From Candidatus Eiseniibacteriota bacterium (lineage in GTDB: Bacteria; Eisenbacteria; RBG-16-71-46), in NCBI GenBank assembly GCA_963744995.1, contig CAVUWA010000002.1:704001-768000 (forward strand): a stretch of DNA of 64,000 nucleotides. Direction: 5' to 3'. The notes beneath the pieces are model-generated. The model did not search any database and was not told the DNA's origin. It was given only the letters and a program-made list of their open reading frames with translations. A program made the position numbers and the translations under genes. Below, in pieces: positions 56,601-64,000 of the stretch; position 1 is the first letter of the stretch; each line of letters opens with the position of its first letter.

Positions 56601-57073
56601 GCGCATCGAGCCTGTCGATCGCCGCCCAGGCGTCGGACTCGCTGTTGGTGACCTTCACCCCGCAGACGGTCGGCCCCGATACCGCGCACGTGACCATTCT
56701 CACCAACGGCCCGAACAGCCCCGTCGAACTGCTGCTCACCGGCGCAGGCACCCAGAACGTCGCCGTGGACGGCGGAGGGCCGACGGCGTTCGCGCTGAAC
56801 CAGAACCAGCCGAATCCGTTCGCGGGACGCACCACGATCCGCTACGCGGTGCCGGTGCGCACCCCGGTGGTGCTCGACGTCTACGACCTCCAGGGCCATC
56901 GCGTCGCCACGCTCGTCGACCGCGTGCAGGAGCCGGGCACCTACACGGTGCCGTTCGGGCCGGGAATGAGCGCGGCCGGCGGCCGGATCGGCGACGTCCG
57001 CGCCGGCGTCTACTTCTACCGTCTGCGTGCCGGCGCGTTCTCGGCGACCCGCAAGATGCTCTTCCTGCGCTGA
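53699..57073 (+). CDS. Secreted YCF48/BNR beta-propeller protein with Ig-like (choice-of-anchor D) domains and C-terminal sorting domain
   Basis: Many SxDGGxSW Asp-boxes, PNGGE.W Ig modules, and QNQPNPF...VYDLQG...GVYFYR...KMLFLR. Confidence 0.88.
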   Translation: MRRWTVHLFTTCAMLACAATAACAGANGVFSPDGTDVWAVGDGGQVFRSLDGGQSFFNASLGDKALNGVAARGFTALVVGDSGKVWRSTNSGGSWTLEVPSGTGALRAVAMASDTVAYAAGDGGRILKSVNGGASWSMQTSGTSERLRALAFSSEEDGWAAGDAGTVLHTVDGGTSWDPVDAGTTEDLFDVDVSGASVWVVGRLGTARASTDGGASFSPVNLRLDAKSDVRAVCLVSPDSVVLGGGGGFVRVSDDGGATWTFPVHRLYGSVGGIAFAGGHGFVADGDTMTVIHSSDGGATWALPAGTAVGQEWVFKFDVGGTNSKRGNTFALNWQDPRTLYCMLQDRVYVSRDLGETWTQTGNPVSSSLLVNAFIVSPKDSNLWVAAVTNPDRIVRTTNGGQSWSTRLSKAFGEYGIPVEMDPDHPDTLFFGPDNDVLYRSTDFGQNWAPYSNTSFRSPCDVVVVPESDSAAIYVGDGVTGSGNGELWRATDGSLDFNLQNVASGSASEIPTISVSRLEPRRAFMTSWSAPTANVTTDEGLTWSPIPGLSSVTSTWGTDIARDDPNVVMINRYSGSVIYLSHDGGANWDGIVKSGANYAVFMRDRGQIFELQSTGIFKLKTKYTYTPDGTQSLALATPNGGEVWDAGSTQAIEWSAANVAQAVIEYRRSSADPWLPVATVPGYLGSYAWTVPYDPTTTAEVRVRDGWDGTPADVSAAPFTIAAPLIAASPDPLDFGAVPKGAEGVQVLTIDNAGTATLDVTSASVATPSFTPARTSFSVPAGGSDTLAVLFDPLSAAAYDDTLELASNAAGSPLRVALTGAGVDTLMLALTAPDGGEVWNYGTVHRIQWQSALVDSVKLEYRTGGGMTWQPIAASVPADSAGYWWVIPDAPTSLASVRVSQIGGSRADSSAAPFEIAVPRLQAMPLVADLGPVTVGQSLPFKIALDNVGTATLELTSIISDDADFVPGASSLSIAAQASDSLLVTFTPQTVGPDTAHVTILTNGPNSPVELLLTGAGTQNVAVDGGGPTAFALNQNQPNPFAGRTTIRYAVPVRTPVVLDVYDLQGHRVATLVDRVQEPGTYTVPFGPGMSAAGGRIGDVRAGVYFYRLRAGAFSATRKMLFLR

Positions 57074-59844
57074 TCCCGTCACGGCGGGCATCGGCGCGCG
57101 GCACGGCGGCCGCGCTGACCGCGCTCTGTGTCGTGCTCGCGCCGCAGGTCGCGCGCGCCTATCACGCGGTCGACTCGCCGGACGGCAGCTACGTGCTCGC
57201 GGTCGGCGACAGCGGGCGCATGGCGCGCTCGTGGAACGGCGGCACGTTCTGGTCGCCCGACACGCTCGGCACGGCGGATCTCGAGGCGCTGGTCATGCGT
57301 GGCGATCTGGCGCTGGTCGCCGCTGCCGACGGCAGCATCAGGCGCAGCGTGGATGCCGGCGGCACCTGGAGCACCACGCTGCCCGCGGGCGGCGGGGCGC
57401 TGTTCGGGCTCGATGCGAATCCGGCCGGTGCGCTCGCGATCGCCGCAGGCGCGAGCGGCCGGCTGCTGCGCTCGGCCGACTCCGGGCTCACGTGGCAGGC
57501 GGTCGCGAGCGGCACCGCACTCACGCTGCGCGCCGTGCGCGTGGCGGGGACGATCGCCTGGGCCGTGGGCGACTCGGGGACCGTGCTGCGTTCGGTGGAC
57601 GGCGGCGCCACCTGGAATCCCGTCGCCGTGGGCTCCGGCGCCGATCTGCTCGACGTGGATGCGACCGGCGACACCGTCTGGGTGGTCGGTGCGGGCGGCA
57701 CCGCGCTGCGCAGTGAGAACGGCGGCGCAGGCTGGACACGCGTGCCGCTCGGACTGCCGCCGCAGGTGGACGTGAACATCGTGCATCTCGCCCGCCCGGA
57801 CAGCGTGTGGCTTGCCGGGGGCGGCGGCTTCGTGCGCATGAGCGCCGACGGCGGCGCGACCTGGACCTTTGCGGTGCAACCTGCCCTCGGTGCGATCGGC
57901 GCACTGCATTTCACGCCCGGCCACGGCACGGGCTGGGCGGCGCTCAGAGACGGCGCGCTGGTGTTGACCGGCGGCGCCGCGGGTCTCACCTGGACGGTGC
58001 CCGTCGGCACGGTGGACGGCGGCGCCTGGGTCGACGTCAGGCCCTATACCGGCACCGTGCGCGGCAGCACGATCGCCGCGAACGCCCTGCAGCCGAACGG
58101 GCTCTACGCGGCGATCGCCGACAGCCTGTATCGCAGCGGGGACCGCGGCATGACCTGGGAGGCCTTCACCGAGGTGCCGGTCGCCACCAAGATCAACGCA
58201 TTCTACGTCTTGCCCTACGACACGCTGACGATGGTGGCCGCGGTGGGCGAGCCCGACCGCGTCATCCGCTCGATTGACGGCGGTGCGAGCTGGGCGACGA
58301 CGATCACCCGCGACTTCTCCGAGTTCGGCACGCCCGTCGAGATGGACGCGGCCCGGCCCGAGACCCTGCTGTTCGCGCCGGAGGACGGCGTGCTCTACCG
58401 CTCGACCGACTTCGGCGCGACGTGGGACTCGCTCTCGACGCCGGCCTTCCGCAGCCCGTGCGACATCCAGATCGTGCCCGACGATCCGCTCAACATCTGG
58501 GTCGGCGACGGCATCACCGGCACCGGCTTCGGCCAGATCTTCCAGTCGCTCGATGGCGGGCTCACGTTCCAGCGGCGCTTCGTGTCCATGCTGGGCTCCG
58601 AGATCCCGGCGCTCGCGGTCGCGCCGCTCGATACGCGACTCGGCATCGGCACGCAGTGGTCGCACGGCGGTGTGGTGCGCACCACCGACGGCGGCACGAC
58701 CTGGTCGACCATTTCGACCGCACAGACCGCGTGGGGCGCGACCTTCGCGCCCGACGACCCCGGCGCCGTCGCGTTCGGGCTGTTCTCGACCGGCATCGGC
58801 TACTTCTCGACCAACGCCGGGGCGAATTTCACGGCCTATCCGCTGCCTTCCTCCAACTATTCGATCTATTCGATGGACCGCGGCACCTGGCTGGCCACCC
58901 AGAGCATCGGCATCCATCGTTTCGTGCCGCGCTATGCGATGCCGTTCGTGACGGCGAAGGTGCTCACGCTGCTCGCGCCGAATGGCGGTGAGACGTGGCA
59001 GGCCGGCGAGACGCGGGAGATCCGCTGGCAGTCGTTCGGTCTGTACCGGGTGGTGCTCGACTATTCACCCGATTTCGACACCGACTGGATCCCGATCGAC
59101 ACGGTGGCCGCGTACCCCGGCGCGTATGCGTGGAAGATCCCCGCCGTCGTCGGCAGCAGCGCACGGGTGCGGGTACGCAATCTCTGGGAACCGACCCCCG
59201 TGGACGAGAGCAACGCGCCGTTCACGCTGGCGTCGTCGTTCCTCACGTTCTCGCCCGGAATCCTCGACCTGGGCAGCGCCGCGCCGGGCCAGGTGGTGAC
59301 CCGGGCGGTGACGATCGGCAATCCGGGCAACCTGCCGCTCGACGTGCTCGACGTCGCGCCCGCCGTGACGGCCACCACGGCCGAGTTCTGGGCGGGACGT
59401 ACGAGCTTCACGATCCCCGCCGGATCGAGCGACACGCTGGGCATTTCCTACCGGCCCGCAGGGGTCGGCCGCGACACGGTGGCGTTCACGTTCGTGACCG
59501 GCGATCCCGGCTCGCCGCACGAACTGCTGGTGGTGGGCGAGGGGTTGCCCGCTGCGTTCAGCGTGCAGCCGATCGCGCCGAATCCGGTGCGCGACGTCTC
59601 GCTGATCCGTTACGCACTGCCGGTTGCGGCCCACGTGAGGCTCGAGGTCTACAACCTGCAGGGCCAGCGCGTGGCGACGCTGGTGAACGCGCGCCAGGCG
59701 CCGGGTGAGTATGCCGCGCCGTTCGGGCCCGGCGTGGCGATCGGCGGCGGCGCCGGCCGTGCCGCCCTGCCCGCGGGCGTCTACTTCTACCGCTTCCGCG
59801 CCGGGCCGCTCGACGTGAAGCGCAAGATCGTTTTGCTGCGCTGA
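57070..59844 (+). CDS. Secreted YCF48/BNR beta-propeller paralog with C-terminal sorting domain
   Basis: Paralogous to the upstream gene (GGGGFVR.S.DGGATWTF, VLYRSTDFG, FRSPCD). ORF-track start is 57133; the signal peptide extends to CTG 57070. Confidence 0.85.
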   Translation: MIPSRRASARGTAAALTALCVVLAPQVARAYHAVDSPDGSYVLAVGDSGRMARSWNGGTFWSPDTLGTADLEALVMRGDLALVAAADGSIRRSVDAGGTWSTTLPAGGGALFGLDANPAGALAIAAGASGRLLRSADSGLTWQAVASGTALTLRAVRVAGTIAWAVGDSGTVLRSVDGGATWNPVAVGSGADLLDVDATGDTVWVVGAGGTALRSENGGAGWTRVPLGLPPQVDVNIVHLARPDSVWLAGGGGFVRMSADGGATWTFAVQPALGAIGALHFTPGHGTGWAALRDGALVLTGGAAGLTWTVPVGTVDGGAWVDVRPYTGTVRGSTIAANALQPNGLYAAIADSLYRSGDRGMTWEAFTEVPVATKINAFYVLPYDTLTMVAAVGEPDRVIRSIDGGASWATTITRDFSEFGTPVEMDAARPETLLFAPEDGVLYRSTDFGATWDSLSTPAFRSPCDIQIVPDDPLNIWVGDGITGTGFGQIFQSLDGGLTFQRRFVSMLGSEIPALAVAPLDTRLGIGTQWSHGGVVRTTDGGTTWSTISTAQTAWGATFAPDDPGAVAFGLFSTGIGYFSTNAGANFTAYPLPSSNYSIYSMDRGTWLATQSIGIHRFVPRYAMPFVTAKVLTLLAPNGGETWQAGETREIRWQSFGLYRVVLDYSPDFDTDWIPIDTVAAYPGAYAWKIPAVVGSSARVRVRNLWEPTPVDESNAPFTLASSFLTFSPGILDLGSAAPGQVVTRAVTIGNPGNLPLDVLDVAPAVTATTAEFWAGRTSFTIPAGSSDTLGISYRPAGVGRDTVAFTFVTGDPGSPHELLVVGEGLPAAFSVQPIAPNPVRDVSLIRYALPVAAHVRLEVYNLQGQRVATLVNARQAPGEYAAPFGPGVAIGGGAGRAALPAGVYFYRFRAGPLDVKRKIVLLR

Positions 59845-59910
59845 ACGCGGCGGCCGCCCCTCTTTGGCACGCGGCGTCCGGACGCGCCCGTCCCACCGGC
59901 CGCGCCCGGC

Positions 59911-59939
59911 TTGTGGGCCTGCGGGGGCGCGGCTAGACT
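59911..59939 (+). promoter_or_regulatory. Putative sigma70 promoter
   Basis: TTGTGG-17 nt-TAGACT. Confidence 0.5.
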
Positions 59940-60010
59940 CGCGGCATTCACCCGATTTTCCGCATTCCCGCGGCGTGTGTGCTTCCGCCACGCCGCTCAC
60001 GGAGGTTCCG

Positions 60011-61607
60011 ATGAATCCCACCACGGCCCGGGGAATCGCGCCCGTGGACGCGAAGTCGCTCCCCGAATACGCCCCCACGACCTACACCGACTTCTCGGTC
60101 GCCGAGAACCGCAAGGCGTTCGAGGCCGCGCATCGCCGACGTGCGCGCGGGTCTCGGCCGCGAGTATCCGCTGGTGATCGGCGGCGAGCGCCTGAAGGGC
60201 GAGAAGCTGTTCGACTCGATCAATCCCGCGAAGCCGTCCGAGGTGCTGGGCCGCTTCAACGCGGCCTCGAAGGCACAGGCCGCGCAGGCGGTCGAGACCG
60301 CCCACCGCACCTTCGCCACCTGGAGCCGCGTGCCGGCGGCCGAGCGCGCCGCGTATCTGATCGAGGCGGCGAAGAAGATGCGCGAGCGGCGCCACACCTT
60401 CTCGGCGTGGATGGTGCTCGAGGTCGGCAAGAGCTGGATCGAAGCCGACGCCGATACCGCCGAGGCGATCGATTTCATGGAGTACTACGCGCGCGAGATG
60501 CTGCGCTACGACGGCCCGCAACCCGTCGTGCAGGTGAAGGGCGAGATGAACCAGCTCGTCTACCTGCCGCTCGGCGTGGGCGCGGTCATTCCGCCGTGGA
60601 ACTTCCCGCTCGCGATCCTCGTCGGCATGAGCACCGCGGCGATCGTCACCGGCAACACCGTATGCCTGAAGCCCTCCAGCGATTCGCCCGGGATCGCCTG
60701 GCAGTTCTACGCGCTCATGGAAGAGATCGGACTGCCGGCCGGCGTCCTCAACTTCGTCACCGGTGGCGGCGGCACGGTCGGCGACACCCTGGTGCGGCAC
60801 CCGCGCACCCGCTTCGTGTCGTTCACCGGGTCGCGCGAAGTCGGCGTGGGGATCAACAGGCTCGCCGCGGAAGTCCAGCCCGGACAGATCTGGCTCAAGC
60901 GCGTGGTCGCCGAGATGGGCGGCAAGGACGCCATCATCGTGGACGAGGAGGCCGATCTCGACGCCGCGGTGCAGGGCGTGACCGCCGCCGCGTTCGGCTT
61001 CCAGGGACAGAAGTGCTCGGCATGCTCGCGCGCGATCGTGAGCGAGAAGGTCTATGCGCCGTTCCTCGAGAAGCTCAAGGCCTCGGTCGAGAAGCTCACC
61101 GTGGGCGACACGGAGACCTACGGCACGTTCATGGGCCCGGTCGTCAACCAGGCGGCGCGCGACAAGATTCTCGAGTACATCGAGCACGGGAAGAAGGAGG
61201 GACGCCTGATCACCGGCGGCGCTCCGGTCGAGGGCCGCGACGGCTGGTTCATCCAGCCGACGGTGATCGCCGACATCCGGCCCGGCGCAAAGATCGCGCA
61301 GGAAGAGATCTTCGGTCCGGTGCTCGCGGTGATCCCGGTCAAGAGCTACGACGAGGCGCTCGAAGTCGCCAACGGCACCGACTACGGGCTCACCGGTGCG
61401 ATCTACTCGAAGAATTCCGAGAAGCTCGAGCGCGCGCGCCGCGAGTTCTTCGTCGGCAACCTGTACCTGAACCGCAAGTGCACCGGCGCGCTGGTCGGCG
61501 TGCAGCCATTCGGCGGCTTCAACATGAGCGGCACCGACTCCAAGGCCGGCGGCCGCGACTACCTGCTGCTGTTCCTGCAGTCGAAGAGCATCGCCGAGAG
61601 GATCTGA
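60011..61607 (+). CDS. pruA: L-glutamate gamma-semialdehyde (P5C) dehydrogenase, with a 1-nt frameshift near 60131
   Basis: EAIDF.EYY, PPWNFP, AEMGGKD, GQKCSACSR, VGNLY.NR and KAGG.DYL. N-terminus (ATG 60011, GGAGG RBS) lies in a different frame. Confidence 0.9.
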
Positions 61608-61633
61608 TCCGGCCTGCGAGCCGGGCAGTGAAC

Positions 61634-61660
61634 CGGGCCGGTCCCGCCGGGACCGGCCCG
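61634..61660. terminator. Hairpin between convergent genes
   Basis: Perfect 12-bp stem CGGGCCGGTCCC / GGGACCGGCCCG. Confidence 0.65.
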
Positions 61661-61711
61661 TCGTGCATCCGGAACCGCGCGTGCGGCGGCCCGCGGCAGG
61701 GGGCCGCGGTG

Positions 61712-63613
61712 CTACTTGCCGCGCTTCGGCTTCGAGACCGGGCGCTTCTGTGTCTTCTTCGCAGCGGCGCCGCGTGAGGCCGTGGCGGCCTTCTTCTTCG
61801 CAGCGGCGCCGCGCGAGGCCGCGGGGGCCTTCTTCTTCGCAGCGGGGCTGCGTGCCCCGGCGTCGGCTGCGGAAGCGGGCGCATCCGCCTCGGCGGATGG
61901 TCCGCGCGGGCGCAGCGCCTTTCGAAACACGGCCAGCGACTTCGTGTTCAGCACGTCGTCCTTCTCGAGCCCGGCGCGCCGCGCCACGAACACGCCGTAG
62001 CGCATGTGATCGAGCTGCCGCACGCTGTGGGCGTCGGTGCTGATGACGACCTTCACGCCCTTTTCCTTCGCGGCGCGCGCGTGCACGTCGGAGAGGTCCA
62101 TGCGGTTGGGCTGGGCGTTGATCTCCATCGCCACGCCCTCGCGTGCGGCGCTATCCAGCACCCGGTCCATGTCGAACGCCGCCGGCTGCCGCGAACCGAT
62201 CTGCCGCGCGGTGGGATGCCCCATGACGTGCACGGCCGGGTGGGCGAGGGCTTTCAACACGCGGTTCGTCATCCCGGGCCCGGGCATGTCCACCTTCGAG
62301 TGCAGCGAGACGATCACCCAGTCGAGCAGCTCGAGCGCATCGTCATCGAGGTCGAGTGCGCCGTCGGCGAGAATGTCCACTTCGAGGCCGTGCAGCACCT
62401 CGATGTCGGGGACCTTGCGACGCACGGCTTCGATCTCCTTCACCGACTGCCGCACGCGCGCGCCGTCGAAGCCGCCGATCATCGCCAGCGCGGCGGAGTG
62501 GTCGGTGATGGCGCAGTAGGCGTAGCCGCGATCGCGGCAGGCCCGAACCATGGTCTCGAGCGTGTCGCGGCCGTCGGTGCGGTCGGTGTGCATGTGCAGA
62601 TCGGCCACGATGTCGCTCTCTTCGATGAGCTGCGGCAGGCGGCCCTCGCGGGCGAGCGCGATTTCACCGCGTGCCTCGCGCAGCTCGGGCGGAATCCACT
62701 CGAGATCGAGCGCGCGGTAGACGTCTTCTTCGGTGCGCCCGGCGACGATGCGCCCGCCTTCGGTGAGTCCGTACTCGTTGAGCGACCAACCCTTGTCGAT
62801 GGCGATGCGGCGCAGCTCGATGTTGTGCTCCTTGCTGCCGGTGAAGTAGAGCAGCGCGGCGCCGAACGACTCGGCCGGAACGTGGCGCAGGTCGACCTGC
62901 AGATCGTTGCGCAGCCGCACGGAGGACTTGGTCGGCCCCTCGCCGAGCGTGTCCGCGACCTCCTGATGACCGAGGAAGGCCTTCATCACGGCTCCGGGAT
63001 CGCCGCCGGTGACCAGCAGATCCAGGTCGCCGATGGTCTCCTTGCGGCGCCGGAACGAGCCGGCGATTTCCACGGTCGTGCCGCGCACCCGGCGCACGTG
63101 GGCGGCGAGGGCATGAGCGACGTCCCAGGCGCCCGCCAGCAGCGTACGGCCGCGGTCGCGCGACGCGACCTCGAGCGCCTTGAGCACGTTCTGCTCGACG
63201 GTCCTGCCGAAGCCGGGCAGTTCGCGCAGCTTCTCCTCGCGCGCGGCGCGGGCGAGGTCGTCGCGGGTGCGCACCCCGAGCACCTCGAACAGGGTCTTCA
63301 CGCGCTTGGGCCCGAGACCCTGCAGCTCGGTGAGCTCGACGACGCTCACCGGGATCTTCGCCTTCATGTCCTCGTACAGCGGAGTGGTCCCGGTCTGCAC
63401 GATCTCGCGGATCTTCTGCGCGAGGTCCTTGCCGATCCCGGGCAGGTCCTCGAGCCGGCCCTCTTCCGAGGCGAGCGAGACGACGGATTCCGACTGCTCC
63501 TCGACGATCCGGGCGCCCTCGCGATAGGCACGGATCCGGAACGGGTTCGCGCCCGAGATCTCGAGCATCGTCGCGAGGCGCGAGAACACACGGGCGACGT
63601 CGGTGTTGTTCAT
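61712..63613 (-). CDS. polX: DNA polymerase X / PHP 3'-5' exonuclease
   Basis: GSFRR.KET.GDLD, QVDLR, YFTGSKEHN and LNEYG. PHP motifs DLHMHT, TDH and TDAH. Confidence 0.96.
   Translation of the reverse strand: MNNTDVARVFSRLATMLEISGANPFRIRAYREGARIVEEQSESVVSLASEEGRLEDLPGIGKDLAQKIREIVQTGTTPLYEDMKAKIPVSVVELTELQGLGPKRVKTLFEVLGVRTRDDLARAAREEKLRELPGFGRTVEQNVLKALEVASRDRGRTLLAGAWDVAHALAAHVRRVRGTTVEIAGSFRRRKETIGDLDLLVTGGDPGAVMKAFLGHQEVADTLGEGPTKSSVRLRNDLQVDLRHVPAESFGAALLYFTGSKEHNIELRRIAIDKGWSLNEYGLTEGGRIVAGRTEEDVYRALDLEWIPPELREARGEIALAREGRLPQLIEESDIVADLHMHTDRTDGRDTLETMVRACRDRGYAYCAITDHSAALAMIGGFDGARVRQSVKEIEAVRRKVPDIEVLHGLEVDILADGALDLDDDALELLDWVIVSLHSKVDMPGPGMTNRVLKALAHPAVHVMGHPTARQIGSRQPAAFDMDRVLDSAAREGVAMEINAQPNRMDLSDVHARAAKEKGVKVVISTDAHSVRQLDHMRYGVFVARRAGLEKDDVLNTKSLAVFRKALRPRGPSAEADAPASAADAGARSPAAKKKAPAASRGAAAKKKAATASRGAAAKKTQKRPVSKPKRGK
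61753..61845 (-). repeat. 39-bp tandem repeat (about 2.4 copies) encoding a Lys/Ala-rich PolX tail
   Basis: TCTTCTTCGCAGCGG recurs at 61753, 61792 and 61831; peptide unit KKKA..ASRGAAA. Confidence 0.85.
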
Positions 63614-63999
63614 GCGCCCTCCAGCCTGGCGAGGAAGGTGGGTTCGTCGATCACCGCGAGGCCGAGCTTCTTCGCCTGATCGAGCTTGGACCCGGCACCC
63701 GGACCGGCGACCACCAGCGTCACCTTGCGGGTGATGCCGCTGGCGATGCGTGCACCGGCGTCCTCGGCCTTGCGCTGCGCCTCGGGGCGCGACATCGCCT
63801 CGAGCGAGCCGGTAAAGACCATCACCTCGCCCGCGAACGGGCGCTGGCCCTGCGGATGCGTCTCGACGAACGGCCTGACGCCGGCCTTCTTCAGGCGCTC
63901 GAGCACCCGGCGGTTCCTCGCGCTGCCGAAGAACGCACTGACCGCGGCCGCGACCTCGGCGCCGATGCCGTGAATGCCGAGCAGGGTCTCTTCGTCGGC
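63610..63999 (-). CDS. ligA: NAD-dependent DNA ligase, C-terminal HhH + BRCT part (5' end beyond window)
   Basis: LLGIHGIGAEVA..V..FF (HhH), VFTGSL..MSR and AGSKL..A..LG...IDE (BRCT). ATGA overlap with polX. Confidence 0.9.
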   Translation of the reverse strand, partial: ADEETLLGIHGIGAEVAAAVSAFFGSARNRRVLERLKKAGVRPFVETHPQGQRPFAGEVMVFTGSLEAMSRPEAQRKAEDAGARIASGITRKVTLVVAGPGAGSKLDQAKKLGLAVIDEPTFLARLEGA

Positions 64000-64000
64000 G

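Overview
A high-GC bacterial chromosome segment of about 50 genes. Six secreted proteins end in an FlgD-Ig/T9SS-like C-terminal domain, which suggests a Candidatus Eisenbacteria/Krumholzibacteriota-like lineage (inference only). Left arm (1-24 kb): aldehyde dehydrogenase, a double-methyltransferase plus betaine-type ABC transporter operon, ppc, cell-envelope hydrolases, a FIST protein with a hybrid kinase, YceI and a Ddl-like ligase. Middle (about 24.3-37.8 kb): a decayed integration hotspot holding one intact tyrosine integrase, three separate integrase 3'-tail remnants, a tRNA-Arg(CCT) 5' half, an IS481, an IS110/IS1111-type element and several gene fragments. In three of the four integrase units a different secreted or membrane cargo gene overlaps the integrase stop codon. 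Right arm (38-64 kb): MFS transporter, Cyc2-like cytochrome-porin, a four-gene secreted cluster with an HzsA-like c-type cytochrome, a frameshifted P5C dehydrogenase, polX and the 3' end of ligA. The best candidate for an undescribed system is the repeated 'integrase tail + coupled cargo' unit. Second is the EgtD-like fusion enzyme with an altered substrate pocket next to a betaine ABC transporter. All calls come from reading motifs by eye; no database searches were run.
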